Both the position numbers and the translations under genes were made by a program. A model generated the notes under the pieces. The model made no database searches. It worked only from the letters and a program-made list of their open reading frames with translations, and had not been told where the DNA came from. A stretch of 64,000 bases of DNA, taken from assembly GCA_903834195.1 (NCBI GenBank), contig CAILIB010000020.1, forward strand, positions 14,084 through 78,083. Direction: 5' to 3'. Source of the stretch: an uncultured Candidatus Berkelbacteria bacterium. GTDB lineage: Bacteria; Patescibacteriota; UBA1384; CAILIB01. Positions 1-11,500 of this stretch are shown piece after piece (position 1 is the first letter of the stretch; each line of letters begins with the position of its first letter).

Positions 1-32
1 AACAGACACAACGGGCAATTAAAGGAGAGAAA

Positions 33-866
33 ATGGCAAAAAAAGCACTTGATAGCATATCAAAAGGCGCGAACACTGAAGGTGAAGCTACTGAACCGGT
101 AGTTGAAACCATTACACCTCACACCGAACCCAGCAATGAGCCTATACCAACAGCTACTGAACAAGCTGCGCCTGTTCCTGCTGCAAGTTTGGAGTCAACT
201 GCATCAGCTGCCACAGCTATTCCTGTTGCAACAACGCCTAGCACTTCAGATGCTAATGGAATTCCTGTTGCTACTCCAACTGCATCAACTACACCTCCGG
301 GCACAGCAACGCCGCCAAACGAGTTTGAAAGTCTTTTCCCAGAACCCGGCACTGCCTTAAGTGCACCTCCAAGTTGGGTATGGTGGGTAGTTCTGCTTGT
401 TGTTTCACTTATTATTGGTGGAGTAGGCTACGCAATTGCTAAAAACAAGATAAATACCTGGCTTGCTGTCGCAACACCATCACCAACTGCGTTAGTTAGC
501 CAAAGCCCTACAGTCTCTCCGACAACAAAGACTACAGCTACTCCGAGTCCTACTCCAACACCAACAAGCACCCCTACAGCAACTGCAACTCCAAATAGCT
601 TAATTACTATCAGGGTTCTCAACGGAACTACTCAGTCTGGTCTTGCCTCAACAGTGAAGACAATGCTTACAAAAGCAGGTTTTACGGTTCGCACCATAGG
701 TAACGCAGCAACCCAGAATTATACTGCGACAATGATTTACTACCAAACAGGCAAATTAGACGCTGCAAAGGCCGTTCAGAACGCTCTGACGGGCTATACA
801 GCCACACTTCAAGAGTCTGCACAGGCGAATCCAGATAACGTACTGGTAATTCTAGGTAAGAAGTAA
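33..866 (+). CDS. Membrane-anchored LytR C-terminal domain protein with Pro/Thr-rich linkers
   Basis: Single TM (WVWWVVLLVV...), then LytR_C signature VLNGT..SGLA...GF.V..GNA...T.IYY...V.VILG; AAGGAG SD upstream. Confidence 0.8.
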   Translation: MAKKALDSISKGANTEGEATEPVVETITPHTEPSNEPIPTATEQAAPVPAASLESTASAATAIPVATTPSTSDANGIPVATPTASTTPPGTATPPNEFESLFPEPGTALSAPPSWVWWVVLLVVSLIIGGVGYAIAKNKINTWLAVATPSPTALVSQSPTVSPTTKTTATPSPTPTPTSTPTATATPNSLITIRVLNGTTQSGLASTVKTMLTKAGFTVRTIGNAATQNYTATMIYYQTGKLDAAKAVQNALTGYTATLQESAQANPDNVLVILGKK

Positions 867-1997
867 ATGAAAAAAAGTGGTTGGTACCGTAATTTAAGTA
901 CCACACAACGTCGAAAACTGCTTGGGACTGTAATTGGTTCTGTTCTTCTTATTACACTGGGAGCTATTGGTTTCCTGACGAAAAGCTCTCCTGATAGCGG
1001 ATCATCTTGTATTTTGTGCTTAAATTCCACAGCAACACCTACCGCAACTGCAACAGTTATTCCCACAGCAACACCAGCCCCTCTTGTAAGTCGATCGCTT
1101 GACGGCGTTTTAGTTCCCCAAGATAAAGCTTCAATTCGCCCTTTGGCAGTTATGATTGAAAATCACCCAGATGCTCGTCCACAAAGTGGCCTTTCAAGTG
1201 CCAATTTAGTGTACGAAGCCATTGCTGAAGGTGGGATTACTCGGTTCATGGCAGTTTTTGCCGACCCAAGCGTAGCAGTTCGCGTAGGACCTGTTCGAAG
1301 TGCTCGGACGTATTTTCTCGACTTTGCAACCGAACTAAATGCATATTACGCCCACGTGGGTGGAAACATTGATGCACTTGATCAGATCAAGCAGCAGGGT
1401 GGCGTAGGGAACTTAGACCAATTTAGTGTTGGTGCGCCAGTATACGGACGCGATAGCAGCCGCAAGGTAGCCATTGAACACACCATGTATTCTTCTACCG
1501 ATAAGTTATGGAACTACGCACAGACAAAAGACATGACGCCGTTTACAAGTTCATATACACCGTGGAAGTTTATTGATAGTGCACTTCCAGGTGCGCATCC
1601 AGCTACCGAGCCAGTTGTAAGTATTAATTTCTCAACTGCATCATACAAGGTTACATGGACGTATGATGGAACACACAATATTTACCTCAGAAACCTCGCT
1701 GGAGCAGCACATATCGACGCAAATACTAATACCCAAATTAGTGCAAGTAATATTGTTCTTGAAACAGTAAATCACACACATATCACAACCCGAATGGGTG
1801 AGGATGGCTGGCGATTCCAATTAACTGGATCAGGTACAGGGGTCCTAATACAAAATGGATCCGCCCGACCAATCTCCTGGAAGAAGAGTGGTACTGGACG
1901 GACCATTTATAGTAATTCAGATGGAACAGAAGTAAGTTTTGTGCGCGGCACTACCTGGGTTGAACTAGTTCATCCAGAAACCGCAGTGAGCTACTAA
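867..1997 (+). CDS. DUF3048 (YerB-like) membrane-anchored protein
   Basis: Motifs RPLAVMIENHPDARPQSGL, EGGITRF, GPVRSAR; N-terminal TM. Confidence 0.85.
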   Translation: MKKSGWYRNLSTTQRRKLLGTVIGSVLLITLGAIGFLTKSSPDSGSSCILCLNSTATPTATATVIPTATPAPLVSRSLDGVLVPQDKASIRPLAVMIENHPDARPQSGLSSANLVYEAIAEGGITRFMAVFADPSVAVRVGPVRSARTYFLDFATELNAYYAHVGGNIDALDQIKQQGGVGNLDQFSVGAPVYGRDSSRKVAIEHTMYSSTDKLWNYAQTKDMTPFTSSYTPWKFIDSALPGAHPATEPVVSINFSTASYKVTWTYDGTHNIYLRNLAGAAHIDANTNTQISASNIVLETVNHTHITTRMGEDGWRFQLTGSGTGVLIQNGSARPISWKKSGTGRTIYSNSDGTEVSFVRGTTWVELVHPETAVSY

Positions 1998-2809
1998 AAC
2001 TTCGACCAACAGTGCCTTGAGGCGTTCCATGCATCTATCCCGCCTTGGGATATTTTCCATGCAGCAGCCTCGGCATTTGCTGTAGCGTCCCAAATTGAAC
2101 GACCAGCTTGACCTGCAGGGGTTGCGCGGAAAGTTGAAGGCATAAACTGGAACAACCCAGAAGCTGACGAACCACTTTTATTGCGATCACTTGGGTCATA
2201 CCCAGATTCACAATAGGCAATGTGGATTAAGAGGTCAGCGTCAACGCCATACTCAGCAGCAGCATTACGAATGATATTCTTAATATCTTCCTCGCCTGGA
2301 ATGCTAGATTGAGTATTTTGGGCACTCTGAGCAGCTACAGCGGCAAGCTGAGCTTGACGATCCTGCTCAATTTGAGCGGCAGCTGCATCTTTTTCAGCCT
2401 GCACACGAGCAGCCTCAGCTGCGGCAGCATCTGCATTTTGTTGAGCAATAACAGCATCAGCCTGCTCGGTGGCAAGACTTTTACCAATTGCGACGGGTTG
2501 AAGCGCAGGCGATGAAATCAGAATTGATTTCTCATCATCCTTGCTGAAGGTGAGCGCACCAACCACAGAAGTGGAGATGCGCACCTGTCTCGGAATGGGG
2601 CCGGAATCATCAGAAGCAGCCTGCACAGGTGAAACCAGTGTAGCTAATGGAATAGGACCGAGCGCAATTCGTGCCGCAACAAGCCCTAAAGCCAGTCTTT
2701 GTGATGAACGCCAGTTGATTTTCGGCTGTGAAGCACGCAACTGACTTATCCGATATTTAGCAAGAATTGAAGTTCTTGCTGCCCCCCGTTTAATACGAGT
2801 TAAAATCAT
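1994..2809 (-). CDS. Lytic transglycosylase (SLT/lysozyme-like) with coiled-coil stalk
   Basis: C-terminal IAYCESG...SSASGLFQFMPST...ANAEAAAW; hydrophobic N-terminal segment; Ala/Gln-rich linker. Confidence 0.8.
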   Translation of the reverse strand: MILTRIKRGAARTSILAKYRISQLRASQPKINWRSSQRLALGLVAARIALGPIPLATLVSPVQAASDDSGPIPRQVRISTSVVGALTFSKDDEKSILISSPALQPVAIGKSLATEQADAVIAQQNADAAAAEAARVQAEKDAAAAQIEQDRQAQLAAVAAQSAQNTQSSIPGEEDIKNIIRNAAAEYGVDADLLIHIAYCESGYDPSDRNKSGSSASGLFQFMPSTFRATPAGQAGRSIWDATANAEAAAWKISQGGIDAWNASRHCWSKF

Positions 2810-2936
2810 ACGAGGAATACTTTACCATTCTAAGCCTATTATGTCAATTCCATAGACGAATAATGATTATTCTTCATCAGTAATTCATTAGTTTGTAATG
2901 AATATTTTTAAACACCAAATGTGGTATAGTTTAGCC

Positions 2937-3362
2937 ATGCGCGACAACAAATGGCTGGCAGATTTACTCTTCCGACTGCACGCTGAATACTACGCCGATG
3001 TACCAATCATGAACCTGGTTTTGGTTCGTTTTGCACGCGCGAGCAAAACACGATTAGGCAGTATTATTGCCCGACCACGCAAAGGCCATAAAGAAATGGT
3101 AACCACCATTACAATAAATGAGCTTTTTCGAAATGAGGAAGAAGTCCCTGAATATGTAATCATAGCAACGTTGCTGCACGAGTTTGCCCACTACGCACAC
3201 GGATTTCACTCACCACTTCCACAAAAATACAGATACCCCCATCGTGGTGGCATCGTAAATAAAGAAATTAGAGCAAGAGGCGGGGGAGAAATCCTCAAAC
3301 AACAGGAGTCCTGGATAAAAAACTCATACAAACCGTTCTTACGAAGTAAACGACTCATATGA
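2937..3362 (+). CDS. SprT-like zinc metalloprotease
   Basis: HEFAH (HExxH) plus downstream PH.GG; start moved to ATG 2937, just after a TG-TATAGT -10 box. Confidence 0.7.
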   Translation: MRDNKWLADLLFRLHAEYYADVPIMNLVLVRFARASKTRLGSIIARPRKGHKEMVTTITINELFRNEEEVPEYVIIATLLHEFAHYAHGFHSPLPQKYRYPHRGGIVNKEIRARGGGEILKQQESWIKNSYKPFLRSKRLI

Positions 3363-3724
3363 CACCACCAAGCATTTTCACCAAAATTATTAACCGAGAA
3401 GTTCCTGCTGATATTCTTTTTGAGAATGAACGCATAATAGTCATCAAGGATATTAAGGCAGATGCACCGATTCACTATCTTGGCATTACAAAGCATCCCT
3501 ACCTTAACCTCGACGATTTACTCACATCAAGTAATCAAGAAAAAGAGTTACTTTGGGAACTATTTACCACACTCGCATCTCTTGCAGATCAAGCCGGAAT
3601 TAAAGAAAGTGGGTATCGCATAATTACAAATAACGGACCCGACGCACGACAAGTTGTACCCCACCTTCACATACATTTACTCGGTGGAGAACCCCTAAAC
3701 ATTCAAGATCACCCACAAGCTTGA
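3359..3724 (+). CDS. HIT family nucleotide-binding protein
   Basis: IF.KII..E.PA and HLHIHLLGG histidine triad. Confidence 0.92.
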   Translation: MTPPSIFTKIINREVPADILFENERIIVIKDIKADAPIHYLGITKHPYLNLDDLLTSSNQEKELLWELFTTLASLADQAGIKESGYRIITNNGPDARQVVPHLHIHLLGGEPLNIQDHPQA

Positions 3725-3781
3725 TTTTTCCTAAGTCTTTAGGTAGAATCAGCCCTGTACTAAATTAATGATTCTCCTGGA

Positions 3782-3973
3782 ATGATCGTTACTCGCAAAG
3801 AAAAAGAAACAAACCAGCAGGTGCTTCGTCGTTTCAATCGCCTTATGCAGCAGGATGTTAAGCTGAAGAAGGTTCGAGACAAGAAGAACTTCGCTAAAGA
3901 GCCAAACCGTTTCGCTCGCCTTCAGAGCGCCCTGCGTAAAGCGCAGTTGCGTGACGAAAAGCAGTGGTACTAA
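3782..3973 (+). CDS. rpsU: 30S ribosomal protein S21
   Basis: Small basic protein with LRRF.R motif; hit-rpsU-yqeY-ybeY synteny. Confidence 0.8.
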   Translation: MIVTRKEKETNQQVLRRFNRLMQQDVKLKKVRDKKNFAKEPNRFARLQSALRKAQLRDEKQWY

Positions 3974-4010
3974 CCGCTCTGGTTTTTATACACAAGTAAT
4001 AAGGCAGACA

Positions 4011-4451
4011 ATGGCACTACAGGAAACCCTGACCGCCGACCTCAAAACTGCCATGCTCAGCCGAGACACTCAAACTGTCTCGGTTTTGCGTATGCTGCAG
4101 TCTACGCTCAAATATAGCCAAATTGAGGCCGGAAAAGCACTCACAGACGAAGAAATCGTTATACTTATTCGAAAAGAAGTTAAAAAGCGTAACGAATCAG
4201 CAGCTGCGTACAAAAATGCTCAACAGACTGAGCGAGCTGATGCCGAACTTGCTGAATCAGAGATACTAAAGAAATATTTACCTGCAAGCATTGATCCAGC
4301 TATCATTCGCACCTTTTTAGAGAGCGAGGCTAAGGCTTTTGGTCAACTAGAACCAAAGCATAAAGGCGATCTTATTAAAGCTGCAATGCAAAAGTTTGCT
4401 GGTCAAACTGACGGCAAAACTGTATCAGATATTGTTAATAGCCTGTTTTAA
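4011..4451 (+). CDS. GatB/YqeY domain protein
   Basis: DLK.AM..., KEVKKR.ES...Y, E.EIL..YLP, DGK.VS motifs; start set at ATG 4011. Confidence 0.88.
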   Translation: MALQETLTADLKTAMLSRDTQTVSVLRMLQSTLKYSQIEAGKALTDEEIVILIRKEVKKRNESAAAYKNAQQTERADAELAESEILKKYLPASIDPAIIRTFLESEAKAFGQLEPKHKGDLIKAAMQKFAGQTDGKTVSDIVNSLF

Positions 4452-4452
4452 C

Positions 4453-4905
4453 GTGCCTGTTCATTTTCTTGCGTCTCCTGAAGATATCGTAGAAATAGGG
4501 GAGAACGACCTCATTTCACTTTCAAATTCGTATGATGCACTTTTCCCTGGCGAGTCTTTTGCCTGCGATCTTACACTCATAAGCCTCGAAGAAATCCAAA
4601 ACCTCAACCGAGATCACCGTAATATCGACACACCTACTGATGTTCTCAGTTTTCCAACATTCTCAGATCAAGTTGAACTACATACCGCAGCTAAAGATCA
4701 TGAAGTTCTCCTAGGCTCAGTTGTAATTGCGCGCGAAAAGGCCATTGAATACGGCGAAACACTCATACAACTCACTCATCATGGGCTCCTACACCTGATG
4801 GGGGAGGACCACGAGACTAATTTGACTCGCTGGCAAGCCCAAGAAGAGCGTATACTAGTAGAGTTAGCTAAATCACACATTACATTCCCAGCAGTTACCG
4901 TATGA
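4453..4905 (+). CDS. ybeY: rRNA maturation endoribonuclease YbeY
   Basis: LNR.HR..D.PTDVLSF and HGLLHLMGEDH; probable GTG start at 4453. Confidence 0.9.
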   Translation: MPVHFLASPEDIVEIGENDLISLSNSYDALFPGESFACDLTLISLEEIQNLNRDHRNIDTPTDVLSFPTFSDQVELHTAAKDHEVLLGSVVIAREKAIEYGETLIQLTHHGLLHLMGEDHETNLTRWQAQEERILVELAKSHITFPAVTV

Positions 4906-5273
4906 CACAGTTTAACTACCGCAAATTCTTCCGCAGTTTTAAATACGCCATCCGTGGACTTGTCCGCCTTATTGAAACTGAACAAAATGCACGTGTGCAT
5001 TTAATGGCCAGTGTCCTCCTCGGAATTGCATCAGTAGCATTCAAGCTGTCACATACCGAAGTTGCAGTACTTTTCTTCGCTGTAGTACTCGTATTTGCAG
5101 TTGAAATTATTAACACAGCAATAGAAAAACTACTTGATGTTGTGCATCCTGAGAGTCATTCTCAAATAGCCTTTGTAAAAGATGCCCTTGCTGGATCTGT
5201 ACTAATTGCAGCTACCATTGCCCTGGCAGTAGCCTTTTTCATATTCTACCCCCACGTACGCGACCTATTTTAG
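4902..5273 (+). CDS. dgkA: Diacylglycerol/undecaprenol kinase (DgkA family)
   Basis: SF.YA..G, EQNAR.H, E.INTAIE...D, KD..AG.V motifs; three TMs. Confidence 0.9.
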   Translation: MTQFNYRKFFRSFKYAIRGLVRLIETEQNARVHLMASVLLGIASVAFKLSHTEVAVLFFAVVLVFAVEIINTAIEKLLDVVHPESHSQIAFVKDALAGSVLIAATIALAVAFFIFYPHVRDLF

Positions 5274-5332
5274 GTCTTTTATCTGCCAAATAACCTTGTA
5301 AGGGCCGGAAAAGGTCCGTATACTACGTTTAT

Positions 5333-6571
5333 ATGAGTCAAAGAAACGTTATTGTCGGTATCGATGTAGGCAGCACTAAAATTGCTACTACTATTGGTCA
5401 CATGCAGGAGAATGGTATCGATATCATTGGAGTTGGCTATGCCGCATCCAATGGACTTCGAAAGGGAATGGTTGTTGATATTGAAGAAACAGTATCTTCT
5501 ATCTCAGCCTCACTTGAAGAAGCTGAGCGCATGAGCGGACTACCAGTTACAGAAGCTGTGGTATCCATTGGTGGAATCCACATCCAATCTTCAGCTTCAA
5601 AAGGTGTAATTGCTGTTTCAAGCCCAAATGGAGAAATTACAGATAACGATGTACTTCGGGTACTCGACGCTGCACGCGCAGTAAGTGTCCCACCTAACCG
5701 TGAAATCCTTCACGCTCTCCCACGCAGTTACGCAATTGATGGACAATCTGGTATTAAAGACCCATTAGCCATGACTGGTATCCGCTTAGAGGTTGATACT
5801 CAGGTGATCAGTGGAGCAACCGCTCCAATTAAGAACTTGAATAAGTGCTTAGCTCAGGCAGGTGTAAATGTTACTGAAATGGTATTTACTCCACTTGCAG
5901 CAGCACGAGCAGTTCTTTCAAAGCGACAACGCGAAATTGGTGTATGTATCTTAGATATCGGTGGAAGCACAACGAGCTTCGCTATATTTGAAGAAGGTGA
6001 CGTACTTCATGCAGGAGTACTCCCAATTGGCGCCGCACACATTACAAACGATATTGCGATCGGACTTCGCACTTCTATTGATAATGCTGAAATTATCAAA
6101 GTTAAACACGGTTCAGCCCTTCCTGAAAAAATTGATCCAGACGTTGAAATTGATCTTGCAAAAATTGATAAGCATGAAGAAGGCAAAATTAACCGCAAAT
6201 ACGTAGCTGAGATCATCGAAGCCCGTATGCACGAGATTCTTACCATGGTCCGCGATGAACTTCGTAAAGTAGGCCGAGAAGGTACATTGCCTGCCGGAAT
6301 TATCCTTACCGGAGGAGGTGCAAAACTGGACGGCATTGTGGAAATGGCCAAACATGTTCTCAAATTGCCTGTACAGGTTGGGCAACTCACACATGATGTC
6401 TCCGGTATGGTTGACAACATATCCGACCCTCTGTATGCTTCAAGTGTCGGATTGATGCTTTGGGGTATGGAAGCTACAAATGCTTCCTCAAGCCACAAAC
6501 GCTCACATTCTAATGCCTTGGGGGGAGCATTGGATCGCGCAAAAACCTTGTTCAAGAATATCCTGCCGTAA
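5333..6571 (+). CDS. ftsA: Cell division protein FtsA
   Basis: GIDVGSTK, LDIGGSTT, LTGGGA actin-like motifs; directly upstream of ftsZ. Confidence 0.97.
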   Translation: MSQRNVIVGIDVGSTKIATTIGHMQENGIDIIGVGYAASNGLRKGMVVDIEETVSSISASLEEAERMSGLPVTEAVVSIGGIHIQSSASKGVIAVSSPNGEITDNDVLRVLDAARAVSVPPNREILHALPRSYAIDGQSGIKDPLAMTGIRLEVDTQVISGATAPIKNLNKCLAQAGVNVTEMVFTPLAAARAVLSKRQREIGVCILDIGGSTTSFAIFEEGDVLHAGVLPIGAAHITNDIAIGLRTSIDNAEIIKVKHGSALPEKIDPDVEIDLAKIDKHEEGKINRKYVAEIIEARMHEILTMVRDELRKVGREGTLPAGIILTGGGAKLDGIVEMAKHVLKLPVQVGQLTHDVSGMVDNISDPLYASSVGLMLWGMEATNASSSHKRSHSNALGGALDRAKTLFKNILP

Positions 6572-6590
6572 TACTATTTAATCTCTCCCC

Positions 6591-7907
6591 ATGATGAATC
6601 GAAGTTCCGGGGCACGCACTCAGTTCACTCCTCAACATAACCCAGCTGGTCCAGATGGATACGCTGTTATTCGTGTTGTTGGCGTAGGCGGCGGAGGCTC
6701 AAACACAGTTCAACGAATGATAAACTCCAAAATGCGTGGAGTTGAATTTGTTGCAATTAATACCGATGCACAGGCTCTCTCTAATAATGACGCCTCGGTA
6801 AAAATTCAAATTGGTAAGGAAACCACGCGCGGTCTTGGTTCAGGAGCTGATCCTGAAGTTGGACGCCGTTCTGCTGAAGAGAATAAAGAAGAGATCTACG
6901 AAACCCTTAAAGGTTCCGACATGGTTTTCATTACCTGTGGTATGGGTGGTGGAACTGGTACAGGTGCATCTCCATTTGTTGCTTCAATTGCTAAAGAACT
7001 TGGTGCACTTACAGTAGGTGTTGTTACAAAACCGTTCGCTTTCGAAGGTCAACGCCGTCGTAAGGTTGCTGATTTAGGTATTCAGGATCTTAAAGAAAAC
7101 GTAGACACTCTCATTACAATTCCAAACGATCGTCTACTCCAAGTTATCGATAAGAAAACTTCTTTATTCGATGCCTTCGGCGTAGTTGATGATGTACTTC
7201 GCCAAGGTGTACAAGGTATTTCAGATCTTATCACTTTGCCTGGTATCATTAACCTCGACTTTGCTGACGTTAAAGCCATCATGCAAGATGCAGGTTCAGC
7301 ACTTATGGGAATCGGCCGCTCTTCTGGTGACAACCGCGCAATCGAGGCTGCTCGCTCAGCAATTGATAGCCCACTCTTGGAACTGTCTATCGATGGTGCC
7401 AAAGGTATTCTGTTCTCTATTGCTGGTGGAACTGACCTTGGTATGTACGAAATTGATGAAGCTGCTAAAGCAATTACCGAAGCCGCTGACGCAGATGCAA
7501 ATATTATCTTCGGTACCATTATCGATGAAGCCATGCAGGGCGAAGTTAAAATCACAGTTGTTGCAACTGGATTTGAACAAGAAACCAATAAGCAACAAGG
7601 TCGTCGCTTCGTTATTGGTGGTAACACTATGGGAATGCCAATGCAGCGCCCAAACACTCCAGAATACGGCCAACCAAGCACTCCACAGCAAGATCAGAAC
7701 CAATACGCTCCTCAACCACAGCAAGCGCCTGTACAGCCTCAGTACGCTTCTCCGTATGACCCAGCTCCTGTACGCCCTGATTTTAATCAGCAACCTCAAC
7801 CACTTCCGCGCTACCACACAGAGGCACCTCAACAGCGTCAACCTGAACCTCAGGGTGATGAAGAAGAACTTGAAGTTCCAACCTTCATTCGACGCAAACT
7901 TAAGTAA
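6591..7907 (+). CDS. ftsZ: Cell division protein FtsZ
   Basis: [15 protein letters not shown] tubulin signature, C-terminal LEVPTFIRR peptide. Confidence 0.99.
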   Translation: MMNRSSGARTQFTPQHNPAGPDGYAVIRVVGVGGGGSNTVQRMINSKMRGVEFVAINTDAQALSNNDASVKIQIGKETTRGLGSGADPEVGRRSAEENKEEIYETLKGSDMVFITCGMGGGTGTGASPFVASIAKELGALTVGVVTKPFAFEGQRRRKVADLGIQDLKENVDTLITIPNDRLLQVIDKKTSLFDAFGVVDDVLRQGVQGISDLITLPGIINLDFADVKAIMQDAGSALMGIGRSSGDNRAIEAARSAIDSPLLELSIDGAKGILFSIAGGTDLGMYEIDEAAKAITEAADADANIIFGTIIDEAMQGEVKITVVATGFEQETNKQQGRRFVIGGNTMGMPMQRPNTPEYGQPSTPQQDQNQYAPQPQQAPVQPQYASPYDPAPVRPDFNQQPQPLPRYHTEAPQQRQPEPQGDEEELEVPTFIRRKLK

Positions 7908-7920
7908 TATACTTCAAATT

Positions 7921-7944
7921 AACCGGCTTCGGCCGGTTTTTTTG
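7921..7944 (+). terminator. Intrinsic terminator after ftsZ
   Basis: AACCGGC-TTCG-GCCGGTT followed by T-run. Confidence 0.9.
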
Positions 7945-7964
7945 TGTCCTGCCCGTAGACAAAA

Positions 7965-8082
7965 CCACAACATGTAGTAATTGAATGCTTCCCAAGCAGA
8001 TAATTTCCCTATCAATAGTCGAGGTATATAGGGGAGCAAGATGTAGTGGTAGTACAATATGTATATCTACCATATGTAGTAG
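7965..8082. promoter_or_regulatory. NrdR boxes upstream of nrdR-nrdJ
   Basis: 16-mers matching acaCwAtATaTwGtgt: CCACAACATGTAGTAA (7965), GAGCAAGATGTAGTGG (8034), CTACCATATGTAGTAG (8067), weaker GTACAATATGTATATC (8052). Confidence 0.8.
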
Positions 8083-8089
8083 AAATACG

Positions 8090-8530
8090 ATGATTTGCCC
8101 CAAATGCAAGCACACAGAGAGTCAAGTAGTTGATTCTCGAGATGCACAAGAAGGTGTGCGTCGCCGTCGCGAGTGCCTGGGCTGCCGCTTCAGATACACC
8201 ACGTACGAACGCATTGAAAACCCAACAATTGTAGTTACAAAGAAAGACGGGAGCAAGGAGCGTTTCAACAGCGAAAAAGTTCGCAAAGGAGTTGCAACTG
8301 CCTGCAAAAACCGTCCAGTTTCAGACATACAAATCGACGACGTAGTTAGTGAAGTGGAACACTTAGTCTACTTCTCTGGCCGCGAAGAGATCACATCTCA
8401 TGAAATAGGTGACTACGTTCGAGCATGCTTACAAAAACTAGACGAGGTCGCATACGTACGCTTCGTTTCGGTATACCAAGCCTTCTCAGATATCGATGAA
8501 TTCACCAAAACAATTAACACCCTTAGTTAA
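8090..8530 (+). CDS. nrdR: Transcriptional repressor NrdR
   Basis: CPKC...DSR...RRRRECxxC zinc ribbon, ATP cone, AYVRFVSVY; start at ATG 8090. Confidence 0.97.
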   Translation: MICPKCKHTESQVVDSRDAQEGVRRRRECLGCRFRYTTYERIENPTIVVTKKDGSKERFNSEKVRKGVATACKNRPVSDIQIDDVVSEVEHLVYFSGREEITSHEIGDYVRACLQKLDEVAYVRFVSVYQAFSDIDEFTKTINTLS

Positions 8531-8539
8531 TCTTCAGTC

Positions 8540-11500
8540 ATGCCAACCAGTTCTACTCCATTAGTTCATCGTTTTTTCACTACGCCTGATGTCGAACCAT
8601 TCGACATGGTTGACTGGGAAAAGCGCAATTCAAAAATTATCAATGAAAAAGGAACCACCATCTTTGAACTAAAAGATGCTGAGATTCCAGCAGAGTGGAC
8701 TCAACTTGCCACTGATATTGTAGTTTCAAAGTACTTCCGCAAAGCAGGTGTACCAGAAACCGGTAATGAAGTAAGTGTTCGTCAAGTTATCTACCGCATT
8801 GCGCGCAGTATTCGTGAAGCTGGTGAGTCATTCGGCAACTACTTTACGAGCAAGGAAGAAGCCGACGCATTTGAAAAGGAACTTACGTATATCCTTGTTA
8901 CTCAACGCGGCGCATTTAACTCACCAGTATGGTTTAATTGTGGCCTCTATCAACGGTATGGTATTGAGGGAACTCACGGCAACTGGTACTGGGATTTCGA
9001 CAACAACAAGATTAATCAGCTCGAACACAACTACGTGCGCCCACAGTGTTCTGCCTGTTTCATTCAGGGTGTGAGTGATGACCTTATGGACATGTTCGAC
9101 CTCTTAAAAGCTGAGGCGACACTGTTTAAATACGGATCTGGAACTGGTACCAATTTCTCGAATATCCGTGGACGTGGCGAAATGCTATCCGGCGGAGGAA
9201 GCTCCTCTGGACTACTCTCATTCTTGAAAGTATTTGATGCAGCTGCTGGATCTATTAAGTCAGGTGGAACAACACGTCGTGCCGCCAAGATGGTTTGTCT
9301 CGACATCGATCACCCAGAAATTATGGATTTCATTAACTGGAAAGTTACTGAAGAAAAAAAAGTAGCAGCACTGGTTGCTGGAGGATATAGCTCAGATTTC
9401 AATGGTGATGCATACGGTACAGTAACTGCGCAAAACTCCAACAACTCAGTACGCGTTACTGACGAGTTCATGAAAGCTGTTGCTGAAGATGGCACTTGGA
9501 ACACAATAGCCCGTACAACAGGTGGAGTAATGAGCACACTACGTGCTCGAGAAATCTGGGATGCTCTTGGTAAGGCTGCCTGGCAATGTGCCGACCCTGG
9601 CGTGCAGTACGATACAACAGTGAACGACTGGCATACGTGTTCGAACACAGATCGCATCAATGCGTCTAACCCATGTTCCGAGTACATGTTCTTGGACAAC
9701 TCAGCATGTAACTTAGCATCAATTAACTTAATTAAGTTTCTTGATGATGAGGGACACTTTGACATCGAAGCGTACCGTCAAGCGATTCGCATTCTCTTTG
9801 TAGCTCAAGATATTCTGGTTGACTTCTCTTCCTACCCAACCAAGATGATTGGCCAAAACAGTCACGATTACCGTCCTCTCGGTCTTGGCTACGCCAATAT
9901 TGGAACACTTCTCATGTGTAAGGGAATTGCCTACGATAGCCCAGAGGCATTTGCAATCACAGGTGCACTAACTGCAATTCTAACCGGACATGCCTACGTA
10001 GTATCTTCAGAAATGGCAGCCCTTAAGGGACCATTCAACGGCTACGCCAAAAATAAGCAGCCAATGATCCGGGTCATGAAGAAGCACCGTGATGCTTCGT
10101 ATCAAATTAGCGAAGAATTCTGCCCTGAGAACCTTCTTCTTGCTGCTCAGGAAGACTGGGAAGAAGCTGTCCGTCTTGGTGAAATCAACGGCTACCGAAA
10201 CGCGCAAGCCACAGTTATTGCTCCTACTGGAACCATTGGTCTTCTCATGGACTGTGATACAACTTCAATCGAACCTGACTTTGCGCTTGTGAAGTTCAAG
10301 AAGCTTGCAGGAGGTGGACACTTCAAGATTGTGAACCAATCTGTTCCAACCGCGCTCGCGAACCTCGGGTACAGCCAGAAGGAAATTGACGATATTATTA
10401 CCTACGCCGTTGGTACTGGATCACTTTCAGATGCTCCATTTATCAACCGTGATTCACTCATGGCACGTGGTATTACATCAGAAGATATCGCTAAAGTTGA
10501 GAAGCTTCTCCCAAGCACATTTGAACTTGCTCATACCTTCAACGGAATGAATATCAGCGAAGCAAGTCTCGTTGGTGCAGATTTGCCAGCAGATTCATTC
10601 AGCAATCCTTCATTCGACTTCCTTAAAGCGATCGGCTTTACTGCGAAAGAAATTGAAGAAGCAAACAAATTTGTCTGTGGAATGATGACAGTAGAAGGTG
10701 CACCTCATTTGAAAGAGGAGCACTTACCAATCTTCGATTGTGCCAACAAATGCGGAAAGTACGGCACTCGCTTCATCGAACCTATGGGACACGTTCGCAT
10801 TATGGCAGCTGCCCAGCCATTTATCTCTGGTGCTATCTCAAAAACTGTAAACCTACCAAACGAGGCTACAGTTGATGAAATCAAGGACATCTACCTACAA
10901 GGTTGGAAACTTGGACTAAAGGCCATCGCCATGTACCGCGACGGTTCTAAGCTTTCACAGCCACTGAATAGCGCGGGGACTAAAGACAAAGACGCTGACA
11001 AGAACGAAGAGGTGAAAGAAGTTGGAATTAAGCCAGCTGCAGAAATTGCATCTGCACCAGTGGGAGTTCGTCGACGTCTCGCAGATGAACGTGAATCTGT
11101 AACTCACAAGTTCTCAATTGCTGGTCATGAAGGCTTCATTACTGTTGGACTGTATGAAGACGGCACACCAGGCGAAATCTTCATCCGCATGTCCAAGATG
11201 GGAAGCGTACTTGCAGGTCTCATGGACTCATTCGCAATTTCAATCTCAATTGGTCTACAGTACCAAGTTCCGCTCGAAGTACTTGTGAACAAGTTCAGTC
11301 ACGTGCGTTTCGAACCTTCCGGAATGACTACTAATCCAAACATTCGAATCGCTAAGTCAATCGTTGATTACGTATTCCGATGGATGGGAATGAAGTTCCT
11401 CGACCTCGATTCTCAACTGCAAATCGGCTACAACAACATGCCAAAAGCAATGGAGTCTGAAGTTGACGATATCACTGGCTCCTCAGCTACACTCACCATT

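Noticed and set aside
470-595. Tandem DNA repeat in the LytR_C gene
   Set aside because: Only a Pro/Thr low-complexity linker with no exact nucleotide period.
7186-7977. 263-aa alternate-frame ORF in ftsZ and similar shadow ORFs
   Set aside because: These overlap well-supported genes and are explained by codon bias.
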